NCBI GenBank assembly: GCA_025558095.1
Contig: JAIVFI010000016.1
Location: forward strand, 558,001-622,000
Reading direction: 5' to 3'
DNA length: 64,000 nt
From: Hyaloraphidium curvatum SAG 235-1
Lineage: Eukaryota > Fungi > Monoblepharomycota
Program-made: the position numbers and the translations under genes
Shown: positions 22,967 through 35,100 of the stretch, piece after piece
How positions within the stretch are numbered: the first letter of the stretch is position 1
Layout: every line of letters begins with the position of its first letter
Notes under the pieces: generated by a model
The model's input: the letters and a program-made list of their open reading frames with translations, nothing else
The model's database searches: none
Told to the model about the DNA's origin: nothing

Positions 22967-24546
22967 ATGGACGGGCTCCCGGCGACCTACAAGGCCGTCG
23001 AGATCAAAGGTTCGCCCGTTCGCCCCGCATCGCGGCCGGAACGCGGGTGACACGTCGCCCCGTCCGACACGGCAGAGTTCTCGCCGTCGTTCAGGAAGGC
23101 CGCGCAGGTCGCGACCAAGAAGACGTCGGAGCTGCTGGAGAAGCTGGCCGCGAGGCCGGATGGCGTGCTGGTGCGGGTGCACTACACCACCCCGCGGGCT
23201 TCCGATAGGTGGGTCTCGCCTGCTCCCGGAACACCGCGGTGCTCCGTCGTTGATGAGTTCGGCGTGGCCCACAGGAACGACTCGAACGGGAACTACGGCG
23301 CCATGGACGGGCTGCCCTTCGTCGCCGGGTTCGAGGGCGTCGGGAGGGTGGTCAAGGTCGGCACCGGGGTGCAGGGGTTCAGGGAGGGCGACGCGGTGGG
23401 GATGGTGCTCTCGTGGGTTCCGACGGCGCCGTCAATCTCGTGGCTGAGGCTGACGTAGACTTCTCCCTTCTGCCGGCAACCCACAGGAAGCGCGGCGCGG
23501 CGGCAGAATACAACGTCTTCCCGGCGCACGAGTGCTTCCACCTCCCCGCCGCAATCCCGGAGTTCCTCACCTTCTTCAACGCCGGGTGCGTCCGCCCCGC
23601 GGGCCGATGCCGTCGGTGTGCCGCTGACTCTCCTCCTCCCCCCTCGCGCCTCCTTTCACCCCTTGCCCCCCTTTTAAGCCTGACCGCCCTCGGCGGCCTC
23701 ATCACCCCCGGCGCCGGCGCCATGCGCGTCGCCCCCGGCTCCCCCCTCTCCGCCCTCTTCCCCTCCAACGTCGACGCCGGCACCCCGTACCGCCCCGAAA
23801 CCGTCGTCGTGACCGCCGCCGCGGGCGGCGTTGGGCTGATGGCGTGCCAGCTCGCGCTGGCGGGCGGCAACACCGTCGTCGGGCTCGCCGGCAACGACGA
23901 GAAGCTCGCGGTGCTCAAGGGGCTGGGGGTGCAGCATGCGGTCAACTACAAGTCGTTCGCGACGCCGCAAGAGATGGCGGACAGGATCAAAGAGCTCGCG
24001 GGGGAGGCGGACATCATCTGGGAGACGGTCGGGGGCCAGACCTTGCTCGCGCTGTCCGGGATCGTGGCCAAGGGCGGGCGGCTGGTGATCATCGGGCAGA
24101 TTTCCAACGGCTACGGGGACGAGGAGGCGGCCAAGAAGAAGCAGGAGGCCGCGACGGGGCAGGCCAAGCTCGAGGCGTCGGTGTCGAGGCTGCTGGCGGC
24201 GCCCAACCCCGCGCGCGATAAGGCGATCGCGGAGGTCAAGGCAAGGGGGGGTGACGTGAGGAGCTACCTGGTCACGGCGGGGAAGCAGGACGACTTTTTT
24301 GAAAAGCAGGTGGCGGCGGAGGTGGAGCTGTGGAAGATGGGGAAGCTCAAGGGGATCACGGACGACACGATGGGATTCACTGGGGTGGGTAGTTGCCAGG
24401 GGTCTCAGTGGCGGCGTGACCTAAAGTCTCCTTGGCAGGTCGACAAGTACATCGACGCCGTGGAGTACCTGCATGACGGCAAAAACATCGGCAAAGTCGT
24501 CGTCAAGGTCGCCTCGGACGCGGACACGTCGGCGCCCAAGATGTAG
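22967..24546 (+). CDS. MDR NADPH oxidoreductase (PTGR3/quinone-oxidoreductase-like), multi-exon
   Basis: PFVAGFEGVG, VVTAAAGGVG, IIWETVGG, GRLVIIGQIS and AVEYLHDGKNIGKVVV motifs. Confidence 0.8.
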
Positions 24547-24571
24547 TCCCGCCAATAGTCCGGCTATGGAT

Positions 24572-25486
24572 CTAGACGAAGAACTTCTTGAACCACTCGA
24601 TCGTCTCCTCTGCGGCCTCCTCCGGCACATAGTGCCCTGACTGCACGGCAGCGCCTTGCACGGGTTGTCCCGACGCGACGAAACCCTTCCACACCTCAAG
24701 AGGCTGGTACCACTCGTTGACGCGGCCCTTGCGGCCCCACAGGACCAGCAGCGGGCAGTCGATCTTTTGCGCCTGCAGCGTCGCCCGGTCCAGCTCGAGG
24801 TCCACGGTGGCGGCCGCGCGGTAGTCCTCGCACATGCCCCTGATGGCCTCGTCCGAGGCAAAGCACTCGAGGTAGTCCTCCACGGCTTCCTTGTGGAAGA
24901 ACGCCGGCATGGTGTGCCCCTTGCCCCAGGCGCAGTGGTCTAGCCACCAGAACCGGCCCCCGTCCACGGCCGAGATGAGCTTCTCGGGCATGGGAGCCGG
25001 CTGCGCGAGAAACAACCAGTGGTGGTAGCCCATGGCCTCCTTCATCGTCATGGTCTCCCACACGGTGATGGTCGGCACAATGTCCAGCACCGCGGCCTTG
25101 ACCACCACACCCGGGTGGTCGATTATCAGCCGGTGGAGCACCCTTCCGCCGCGGTCGTGCCCAGCAGCGGAGAACCGGTCGAACCCCAGGCTCCGCATCA
25201 GCGCCACCTGGTCCCGCGCCATGTTCCGCTTCGACATCGGGTGCTTTTCCGCATCGGCGCCCGCCGGCGCGTGCGCGGGCTTCGTCGACCGGCCGTACCC
25301 GCGCAGATCGCTGCAGACGACCGTGTGCGTCGCCGAAAGCGCGGCGGCGACGGCGTGCCAGATGTAGAGCGTCTGCGGGTTTCCGTGGAGGAGGAGCAGC
25401 GGCGGGCCGGAACCGCCGACCTTGTAGCGGATCGACGCGCCGTTGACCTCGGCGATGGCCTCGCGGAAGCCGGCAAACAAGAACAT
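24572..25486 (-). CDS. Alpha/beta hydrolase, fluoroacetate/haloacetate dehalogenase-like, intronless
   Basis: HGNPQ, DLRGYG, GHDRGGRV, LDIVPT, YHHWLFLAQPAP, CEDYRA and SGHYVPEE motifs. Confidence 0.85.
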   Translation of the reverse strand: MFLFAGFREAIAEVNGASIRYKVGGSGPPLLLLHGNPQTLYIWHAVAAALSATHTVVCSDLRGYGRSTKPAHAPAGADAEKHPMSKRNMARDQVALMRSLGFDRFSAAGHDRGGRVLHRLIIDHPGVVVKAAVLDIVPTITVWETMTMKEAMGYHHWLFLAQPAPMPEKLISAVDGGRFWWLDHCAWGKGHTMPAFFHKEAVEDYLECFASDEAIRGMCEDYRAAATVDLELDRATLQAQKIDCPLLVLWGRKGRVNEWYQPLEVWKGFVASGQPVQGAAVQSGHYVPEEAAEETIEWFKKFFV

Positions 25487-25813
25487 GATGCGGCTTTGGG
25501 AGGGAAAGAGATCCACCAATCGCCGAGCCGGCGGGAGACGAATCAAAACCGCAACAACTCCTTCAAGTCAGTCGAAAACTCCGTCCAAAGGAGGTACGGA
25601 ACGAACTTATGGTGCAAAAGGCACCAATGTATCCGGTCCGGCCGTTGGATAATGGGATGTTACTTGCAGTCCAGGGTGACGTGGATGTTCATCACGACGA
25701 TCTGCGAAAGGCCTGCTATCGGGCGCCAGGGACCACGGCCTTGCGGAGTGAGGGTGGCCAACAAACAACGTTCCCATTTCCCCAAACTAGCATACAATAA
25801 TCGTTTCCGTTTC

Positions 25814-28267
25814 CTATAGCCTTCCAACGACATCGTTGATCGTTCCCCGCAGACTACTGAGCTCACCCGCGACGTAGTTAACGGCCTTGACGAACGCAAT
25901 CAGCGTCACCTCCTCCACCGTGGCGCAATCCCGGTCGTCGCCGCCTTCGTCCGCTTCCACCCACTGCTCGCGCGCCTCCGGCATCCGCCTCCCCCCGCGC
26001 ACGGATTCCGCGCACATCCACGAGTCCATCACCATCCCCGCCGTCACGTCGGCGAGGCCCTTGACGTGCGCCAGGTGCTCCCCCTCGGGGTAGGATACGC
26101 CGACCGCCACGAGCCGATCGAGGACGCCGTAGAGCTTCTGCATGACGGTCCTGTAGGCGGCTTCGTCCACGGGCAGGCCGATGGCGATCTCGGCCTTGGC
26201 AAAGGCGAGCTGCTGCTCTTGCGCCAGGAGCACCGTGTAGGCCTCGCCCTCCTTGGCGTCGAGGGCGGGTGCGCCGCCAGCGTCCTTGCCGGCCGCGGCC
26301 GTGTTGAGGAGCGTTCCGATCTCGCCGATGACCTCGAAGACGTGCGCGACGTCCCGCCTGAGCGCCGCCTTGGCCGATCGGGGGAAGATGAGGACGGTGA
26401 AGGCCAGCGCGAAGCCGCAGCCGATGGCCGACGCGACGAGGGTCCGGGTTGCAAAGACGAGCGGCGAGTCCGAGAACACCTGGGGCGGGAGGGTGATGTG
26501 GTTCCAATAATAGCCCAAGACGACTTGCGGATAGGTGATCAGGGTGGTAAGGCCCAAAACCGTGAAGGCTGGCGACAGCTGGATCATCCCGAATCCAAAG
26601 AGGGCGATGGGCGCAAACATGAACGCGAGGCCGGGGCGGTTGTCTGGAAAGGCACACAGCGAAGCCAAGCTCCATGCCCATGCCAGCACCACCCCCCCGA
26701 GCTGCAGCACGGAGCCCAGGAAGGTGCCGCCGGTGGTGTTGCTGAGCAGGATGACGAGCGTGAGCGCGGAGGCGGCCATGTTCCACTGGATGAAGAACTG
26801 CCGGCCGGGGCCGGGGATGAGCATGATCAGGGCGACGAGGGTGACCGCCGTTGCGACCTTAAGACCGTACACCGATGCATCGGAACCGAGAGAATGGAAA
26901 ACCCGTCCGAAACCTGCCCTCACACCGGTTGCAGTTGCTGCAGCTGGTTGCGCCCCGTTGGCGGCGGGAGCAACGTGGAACAGGCGCCGGATGTCGAAGG
27001 CGGCGGGGTTCAACCGCAGCTTGCGCGGACCGGCGAGGTCGGCCACGGCATCCAACAGCGCCGCACAGCGCTTGAGCGTCTCTCTGTTTGCGAAGGTGAT
27101 GCCGACGGCCAAGGCCGAGAACTCGGGGGCGATCGTCTTGACGCATTCGCCCTCGTACTCTTGGAGGAGCGCGCGCAGCGAATCCGCGCCCTCGCGGGCA
27201 ACGGCAGCCAGATCGCGGCCCGGGGGAGGCGAAGCGACGTTGCGGAGAGCGGCCGAGACGGCTGCGACGACCCTGTCGAGGAGCGAGTTGGAGATGGGCA
27301 GGCCAACGGTCACCATCCTGTCCTTGTCCGCGCTGGAAGTCGCCGCCGACACGAAGGAGGCGAAGGAGAGCAGATGAACCTGGAGCGTGCGGGTGGCGGA
27401 CAGGATCGGGCCGAGCGAGCCTGGGGCGAACTCGCCGACAACCACGGGCTCCGAGAGGGCGCCGCCCAAATCAGACTGCAGCCCGGAAATGTCCCTCCTG
27501 ACGGCGCCGACCGCTTGCAGAACGGGCTGGGGATCCTTGGAAAAGTCCCTCGAGGCTGGGATGGCAATCTCCGCGAGGCCGGCCAGATTGACCAGGGCAG
27601 AGTTCCAGGCACGGCGGTAAGCGGCGGCCGCCGAGGCGGGGAAAATCAGGACGGCGCTGAGGGCCGACACGGCGAGGCCGAGGGTGAAGCTGCCCGCAAA
27701 GTCCATCATCTCCCGCGGTACAAAGGCCCCGTTGGTTTGGTACACGGCCGTAAAGATGGCGAAGAAAGTCATAAGTGAGACAAGGAGGGCGAAGCCCATG
27801 AAAGCCATGCTGGTCGCGCGCAACGCATTGGCTGGCCAATAGATCAGGAACAGCAGGACGGCCATGGCGGCCAGAGATCCCTGCGAGATTCCGAGGACGG
27901 CCGTCCACGCAAGGCAGCCGGCGCCCACACCGGCCAGGCCGAAGACGAGCTGTGAGAAGAAGGGTCCGAGCGGCAGCATGGGCGCCATCACCACGACGCC
28001 GACGACGATGTTGCCGCGGTAGGGGAAGCCGAACTGGGTCGCGATTGCCGAGATGAAGGCGAAGATGGCCGCGACCTCGTACGCGAAAGCCGCGCGGAGG
28101 GCGTTGCGGAACCGCGGGGAGACGTAGAGGGAACGCGCACGCGCCGCCACCGGCTGCTTGGAGCCCGCAGACGCGGCCGGCGGCGCGGGGGGCATCTCAA
28201 CGGCGACGGCGCCGGACTTGGCCTCGAGCGCTACGGCGTCCGCCATCTTCTCGCCTGCAGCCTCCAT
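25814..28267 (-). CDS. FUSC/aromatic-acid-exporter (ArAE/ALMT-like) membrane protein
   Basis: Two multi-TM blocks each ending in LIFP.SA, with YGLKVATAV, TTGGTF and intervening helical regions. Confidence 0.7.
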   Translation of the reverse strand: MEAAGEKMADAVALEAKSGAVAVEMPPAPPAASAGSKQPVAARARSLYVSPRFRNALRAAFAYEVAAIFAFISAIATQFGFPYRGNIVVGVVVMAPMLPLGPFFSQLVFGLAGVGAGCLAWTAVLGISQGSLAAMAVLLFLIYWPANALRATSMAFMGFALLVSLMTFFAIFTAVYQTNGAFVPREMMDFAGSFTLGLAVSALSAVLIFPASAAAAYRRAWNSALVNLAGLAEIAIPASRDFSKDPQPVLQAVGAVRRDISGLQSDLGGALSEPVVVGEFAPGSLGPILSATRTLQVHLLSFASFVSAATSSADKDRMVTVGLPISNSLLDRVVAAVSAALRNVASPPPGRDLAAVAREGADSLRALLQEYEGECVKTIAPEFSALAVGITFANRETLKRCAALLDAVADLAGPRKLRLNPAAFDIRRLFHVAPAANGAQPAAATATGVRAGFGRVFHSLGSDASVYGLKVATAVTLVALIMLIPGPGRQFFIQWNMAASALTLVILLSNTTGGTFLGSVLQLGGVVLAWAWSLASLCAFPDNRPGLAFMFAPIALFGFGMIQLSPAFTVLGLTTLITYPQVVLGYYWNHITLPPQVFSDSPLVFATRTLVASAIGCGFALAFTVLIFPRSAKAALRRDVAHVFEVIGEIGTLLNTAAAGKDAGGAPALDAKEGEAYTVLLAQEQQLAFAKAEIAIGLPVDEAAYRTVMQKLYGVLDRLVAVGVSYPEGEHLAHVKGLADVTAGMVMDSWMCAESVRGGRRMPEAREQWVEADEGGDDRDCATVEEVTLIAFVKAVNYVAGELSSLRGTINDVVGRL

Positions 28268-28651
28268 TGTCGAGGAGCACTGTCCGTGTCCGTGCGTACG
28301 CGGGTCCCGGGTTCTCGTAGTCGGTTACTGGTCCTTTTATCAAATGGCCGGGCGGCTTCGCGGGCAGGGAGACGTTTGAAAACTGTGGACGGGACCGCGC
28401 CAAGCCAGCCAAGGACCCTCTTACAAATCCGCGCCGATTATCCTGCGTGCCCGATCACTGCAAACGAAGAATCGGAATCCAATTGGTCTAATCCGCGTTA
28501 ACGTGAAGCCGAGGCGCTGGGATGCTGGGATCCCAACGGCGTGGGACCTCATGCCATTTAGCTTCAACGGGCCGTCGATGGGGCCGCTGGAAGGCGCCGT
28601 TATGACATGGTTTTTCTCGACGCAGCGAGCAGCAAAGGAATAGATAGTTCG

Positions 28652-28801
28652 GCCGTCGCGGCGTTCGGGGCCACTTCGGGATGGGCCTCGTAGCTGACCT
28701 CGTGGTGGACACCCGTCGTCACGATGGCCGCGGAAGCGTGGGCCGGAGCGTGGGCCATTCCCTGGACCATTTTTGTGCTCCATGTTGTCTTCCTCTGGAT
28801 G
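28652..28801 (+). pseudogene. Remnant of the 7-TM receptor-like family (TM3-TM4 region) with an in-frame TAG
   Basis: Translates AVAAFGATSGWAS*LTSWWTPVVTMAAEAWAGAWAIPWTIFVLHVVFLWM, against AIAAHGAMSGWAAWITTFWTPIVTVAPEALAGAWVVPWTILMLHIVFFWM in the 43573-45136 gene. The TAG at 28691-28693 replaces Trp. Confidence 0.85.
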
Positions 28802-30069
28802 GTTAGCTGATCAGCTCGCAGGTTTCATCTTTGGAGCCAGCTCGCGGGATTGGGGCCGCCCGACCCGGAGAGGGAGGGTGGGCGGGGGGAGAGAAAGGAG
28901 AAAGAAGATCATGTTCGGGTTGCCCGGGACCTAGTTTTAGTCCTTGGTCGCGTTGGCCGTGACGGGGGCATCCGAAGTGGGAGGGTGTCGTAGAGCTGTC
29001 GTGGACGCTGACGGCTGGAAGGGCGGAAAGCGCCATGAAGCGCGCGGGGCGATCGGGCGCGCGGCGGGCTGCATTCTCGGGCTTCGGCTTGGCGACGGAT
29101 GGGGCGACAGAGCGGAGACAGCCGACTCTGGTGCGATTCGTTTGGAGGCTGGTGGCCGTTACCCGCTTTCCACTTGGCCGGATCGATCATCTTCGGGCGG
29201 GCTCCACCAAAGAACGGGCTTCCCGGCGCCGTCGGGCGGGACACCGCCGCACCGATAACCTGCGTGATATTTTCTGAGGCTAACTGTTAACTCGGAAGCG
29301 CGGTCCGAAGCCGCCGATGCAATTTCTCGCGCGGGTGGCACCGCGCAGGCTCGGGAGAGGTCCCTGTCCAGCCGCCGTTATGTATGCCGACGGCCGCCAA
29401 ACCTTTCCCACGGCCCTGGGCCGGCCGGCCACATCCTCCCGATGTACTGTCCGCTTCTCGCTCCGCCGAGCCGCGTTTAGACGTAGGGATAGTCATCGAA
29501 CGCCACTCCCGCATGGTCATCTCCCCGATTGGCGCTCACGTCGGCAACAACGCAAACGCAGTACATCCCCGGCGATCTGCTCCCCTTTCCAAGTCCGTTT
29601 TTTTGTCTGGGTTGCGGCTACCTGCCAGCGCGGCACTGGGCGGCGGCGCGGCCAAGACTAGGGGACAGGGCGGGGCTGGTGAGGGGTGCCTTCAGGGTCG
29701 CTATGGGGACGGCGGAATAAACGAAGCTGTCCCTTTCTGGACCTTGGCGAGGGTTAGGTTGGGCTGCGGGAAAATGCATCGCCGAGCCCCGCGCCGCAAA
29801 GCCGGGGAGATCCCTTTGCTCAAACCGCACAAGATTGACGTTCCAATCGCTTTCGGAGTGCATGGGGAATCAGGGCGGCGCGATTGTGCGGCTCGGCGGC
29901 AATGGAGCCGCAAGTCGCCGCCAAGTCGCCGTCATGGACCCCTACGCCCAGGCCCGAGGCGGCAAACGTCGGCTGCTAGGGACCGTGTAGTACACAATCC
30001 CACCGCCGTGCCCAAAAAGGCCCATCAGCACTCCCCGGGCTCTCGATCAACCCCCCATCCGGCATCGTC

Positions 30070-31862
30070 ATGATCCGCCGCGCCATCGTAGCCGCGCTCG
30101 CCCTGCTTTGCGCGCTGGTCCTGGCCGCCGCGCCGGCCCGCGTTGCCTCCATCGCCGTCGCCCGCCGCGCCGCCGACGGCGCACTCGGCGCCGCCGCTGA
30201 AGACTTGTACGCCGGCGCTGCCGCCGACGAAGGGCACGTCCTGGCCGCACGCCAGGCCAAGAAGAGTGGGTGCCGCCGCGCTGCGGTGTCCCTTGGTCGT
30301 GCCCGGTGCTGACGTTCCCAATCACCTCCCGCCAGCGTCCACCAAGCGCAAGGCGACGACCAAGAAGGTGATCAAGAAGACGACGACCAAGAAAGTGGTT
30401 AGGAAGACGACCACCAAGCGGAAGGCTACGACCAAGAAGGGCAGCGCCGCCGGGAAAGTGACCACCAAGAAGATCATCAGGACCACTGCTCGCAAGGTCG
30501 CGCAGGTGTGTGGGAGGCAAGGACGGTGCGGCTCCGGGATCGCTCACGCTCGACTGCTTCTCGTCCGATCGAGCAGACCACTGCGCCGCCGGCCCCGCCT
30601 CCGCCGGTGATCACCACATCCCCGCCCGCCCCGCCTCCGCCGGCGCCGACTACCGCCGCTCCCCCGCCCGCGACCACCGCTCCCCCGCCTCCGCCTCCCG
30701 CGACCACGGCGCCTCCCCCGCCGCCGCCCACCAGCACCGCCACACGCACGCGCAGGGTCCAGGTCACGCAATCGGTGAGCGAATCTCCTTTTCCGGTCCA
30801 CATGCAGCAAGCTGACGGCGATCACTCACCCTGCCGCGCAGTACTTCCCCCTAGGCCCCACTGGCACGGTCGCCTACTGCGCACCCAGCAGCGTGTCCGT
30901 CTCCCGCGGTGCGGTGAACACCTACGATGTCGTTGTGAACACTCCCTCCGCCGTCAACCTAGACGACTTCTTCGTGACCATGGACGCCGACATCCAGGGC
31001 GCCAACCTGCTCGTTGTCACCCTTCTTCATCCAACGAAACCCTACGTCGATCTGTTCAAGAACGCAAACTCGCAGACGTGTCTGACCCCCAGATCCGAGC
31101 GCACCTTCTCCGACTCGGCACCCCAGACTTCGGCCGCGAACTGTGCCGCGACCACGCTCAAGCCCGTCACGAACTCGCTTGCCGCGATAAAAAGCGGCTT
31201 TGGGGGCCTCCAGCTCTACCGGTTCGTGGTGAGCATGCCGTCACCCGGCGGCGACCCGACACAAGGCAACGGCACCATCTACAGCCTCTGCATGAGGGCG
31301 GTGTACCCAGCGGTAAGCCAGATCGCGCATGGGCCACGTGCATTCGATCCTGACGACGGACTCCGATCTCCAGGTTACGCCCCCAACGCCCGCCGCCCCG
31401 ACCAGCCAGTGCCTCGACCTGAGCGCGCCCGACAAGGGCGTGATCGACAAGAAGGACGCCGAAGTCCGCTTCCCGCTCACCATCTCGGGCGTGCCCGGCG
31501 CCATCACCAGCTTGATCATCACGCTCCAGTTCTACTCGCCCGACATGCGGAACATCGAGACCTACGTGTACTCCGCATCCTCCGACACCAAGTCCTCCTA
31601 CCCGATCCCCATCACCAATGCCACCGTGGCCAATTGCGCGGCGAGCAACCCCAAATGGACCTTCCGTGACGACGGGTTTTACAAGTACGACGCCTGCGAC
31701 AACACGGACCTCTACCCGGCCTCCGCGCTGGCCGAGCTGCGCGGGTTCCCCGTGAGCGACACGTGGTACATCTCGGCGATAGACTCGAACAAGAACTTCG
31801 GGACCTCTATCGCAAAGGTGAACGAGCTGTGCCTGTACTTCAACGGTGCGACGCCGGCCTAG
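30070..31862 (+). CDS. Secreted protein: signal peptide, Lys/Thr-rich basic repeats, Pro/Thr stalk, two proprotein-convertase-P-domain-like modules (4 introns)
   Basis: MIRRAIVAALALLCALVLAAA, KKTTTKK repeats, TTAPPP repeats, and two modules with TF.D, P...LA..G and terminal LC..F/Y. Confidence 0.65.
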
Positions 31863-32116
31863 GCGTGTGGCAGGCGGGCGGAGGAGCGAGCGAGGGTGGC
31901 AGCAGTTAGAGAAAAAGGCCGAAAGGAAGCCCAGAGATGTTGATATGTGACAGGAAGGGCGAGCTACTTCATAGATTGTATCGCGCAAAGACTGACAAGT
32001 CAGGACATCGCCGGCTGCACCCCGCGCGGAGCCGACTCGGCGCGCCATACGTCCACTCTCGCCGATATCGTGCTTGGGGAGTAAAGGCCGTCAATGAAAC
32101 CATTCGTCTTTTCCGC

Positions 32117-35100
32117 TCACTCGGTCTTGAGCCACAAACACCACTCATAGAACCGGAATGTCCTCGGAGGATCCGTCATCGCCGGGCGGAATGCGAGCGT
32201 CCAGGTGCCCCCCGGCGCCTTGCCGCGGTAAATGCGGAAAGGCTCCCGCGGCTTGACCGTGTTGGACTCGCAGGTGCCGTTCGCAACGTCGCCGGGGTAG
32301 ACGCTCGTGTCGTCGCGGAAGGTGAAGTAGACCCTGCGCTCGCTAAAGTCGCACGACTGCGCTTGGGAGCTCATCAGGTAGTTTGCTGTGCCGTCGGGGT
32401 GGGCGAGGGATGCGTCCGTGCCGTACTCGTGCCTGTACATGAGGCTGACAGACACGTTCGCAATGGTCCCGCCGGGGGGCACGGTGACGTTGCGCAGGTA
32501 CACGACCTCCGCGCCCGAAGACAGCGTGCCTGGTCCTTCGAAGTAGGTCCGGTCGCAATAGGAGGTCATGCCGGGCGCGACGTCGGGGGTCTCGGTGGTG
32601 ACGGTCCGCTGCGTGCACGAGCGAAGCATCAGAAGTTCCGAACAAGACAGTGGCATGGAAGCACCCACCGATGTCGTCGAAGTGCTCGTGCGACTCGCGG
32701 GCATTCTCGTGCTGGAAGCCGACGTGCTGGTGGAAGCGCCTGGCTGCGCGATCGTCCCACCCTCCTGCGGGACGCAACTTCCATCCAGGAGCTCGAGCGT
32801 CGTCATGGCTAGCGCGTACCCCGCCGTGCGCTCCATCGTGATCGAATCGTCTGGCGAGGTGACGGGCCTGTTGGGCGCCGTGGTTCCTGGCCTGAAGATG
32901 CGAAAGCTGAAGCTCGTGTCGGTTGGAGCAAAGGGCACCATGGCGCCGTTGACGAGGGCGTCGGGCGCCGGGCTGGCGTCCACGTCCGCGCGGCCGGCCA
33001 AGGCGGAGTTGATGGCCTCGATGGCGTCGTACGCCTGGCGCGCGGTCGAGAACGGGAGGGAGACGTTGGCGGCGGAACCAAAGTAGTCGTTGAAGGCAGC
33101 CCGCCCGTCGGCGCCGCCCAAGTTCTGCCGGAAGATGACGTTGTACGACTTGCAGCCGATCACGACGTTGTTCAGGACGGATTTAAACGTCGCAGTCTGG
33201 GATCGGATCCACGCTTTAGTGCTACCCAAACTGTGCGCGCTCCGATCGAAACTCACCCCGGAACTGCACGCCAACCCGCTCGACACAACCGGAGCCGGCG
33301 GCGGGCAGGGTCCCTGGGTTATGGTCGGTCCCAGGGTTATGGAGCGGCTGGTCGTCCTCGTAAAGGACGTCGTGGAAGTGAACGAGGTGCTCGAGGTTAA
33401 GGTGGTCGCCGTCCTCGTCGTCGCCGTGCGGCTGGTGCTTGTCGGCGTGCGCGTGGTGGTGCTGCTGGTTGCGGTGCGGGAGCTGCTCGTGGCCGTGAGG
33501 GTGGAGCTGGTAGCTGTCAATGACCTCGTGGCCGTAATGGTAGAGCTCGTGGCCGGGCGGCTGCTTGTGGTCGCGGTCTGCGTCGAAGAAGCCCGTGGGA
33601 GGGTTGTCGACGAAGCCGGCCGCGGCACTGTTGTGGACGATGCGGCTGGCAGCGCAGTGCTGGTCACCGTTCTGCTAGTGCTGCTCGCCGTCCTGCTCGC
33701 CGTTATGCTGGTGCTGCTCGCTGCTACGGTGCTGCTACTTGCTGTCCGGCTGCCAGTGCGCGCCGGCTGCGTCGACGTCGGGAGCACAGCAGTCGTCGAG
33801 CTCGGCCTCGGGGCCGTCATAGTGCCCGAGGCCGACCTTGTACTGCTCGACGCAGTGGCCGTGCCCGAAGCCGACCTTGTGCTGCTCGACACAGTGGCCG
33901 TCATCGAAGCGGTCGGGGACGCGGTCCGCGTGGCCGTCCGCGTTTCGGTCGGCGAGGCTGTCCGAGTGCCCGTGCGCGTGGCTGATGCGGTCGCCGACGC
34001 CGTCTGGGTTGCCGTTGGCGTCCTGGTCGTCGAGGTCGACGGCGTCCTCCTCCAAGCCTACACCGGTGCACGAAACATGTCAGACATGCATGCCGACATC
34101 ATCGCCATCCGAAGCACCCACCGTGGTCTGCCTCGCCGGTCCAAGCCCCAGATTGACCGCGTAGAACGTCCGCTCCTCGTTCTCCGGCCCCGCGAGCCCG
34201 TAAAGCCTCCCGTCCGCGCCCTGCAGCACCCCGCTCAGCGGCAGCACGATTCCGTCGCGGTCCGCCATGGAATAGTTGGCGAATCCCGCCGCCCACCCCC
34301 CGTCACCGGACGAGGGGAAGCGGAAGATCTCGGCCGCCGTGGTGCCGTACAGGTCGCCGCCGATTTGGATCAGCGGCCCGCGGGGCGTGCAACCCCCGAC
34401 ACCAGATGGCCCGCGGAAGACGAAGAGCTGCTCGGAGCCGACGTAGCGCCGCCATCGGTACGCAGAGCCGCAGTTCTCCGGGCCGCCCTCGGAAAGCAGC
34501 CCTGGGCAGAAGGGAAAGGGTGAGCCATGCGATCGCAAAGGCTCCCCGTTCGGTCACCCACCAAACACGTCCGTCCCCACAGCCAACGGCGGATCCAACG
34601 CCATGCTCCCGAACCCGAACTGCGACTCAGACCAACCCCCGTCAGACCACAGCGCGAGCAAGGTCCCGTTGAGCGCCGTCCTCCCGTACAGCGTGGTCAC
34701 GTACACCGTGTCGTTGCCGCCGATCGACACGCCGCCGACGGGGCGGTAGCCCGTACTCGGCCTCGCGAGCTGGTAGAACACTTCCGGGGCAGGCGATCCG
34801 GGGCGGAGGCGGAATATCGCGCCGTCGTTCACCGACCCGCCCTGGTTCAGCGCACCATAGAGCGTGCCGTCCGAGCCCACTGCGAGCCTGCCCATGGGGT
34901 CTGAGCCGGAGGGCAGGGTGGCGATTGCGCGGACGGTGCCGGCGGCGTCGAGCGCCCAGATCTTGGGCGGAGAAGGCGTGCCTTCCTCGCCGTTGCGCCC
35001 GCTGGTGGTGCCGTAGAAGCAGTTGCACTGGCTCGAGTAGACGGGCACGGTCTCGGGGAAGCACCCCGCCCCGTCGTCCTGGAAAAGGTGTACCACGGAG

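Noticed and set aside
28510-28560. Further upstream piece of the receptor remnant (ALGCWDPN versus GLGSRDPEN)
   Set aside because: Too short and weak to support by eye.
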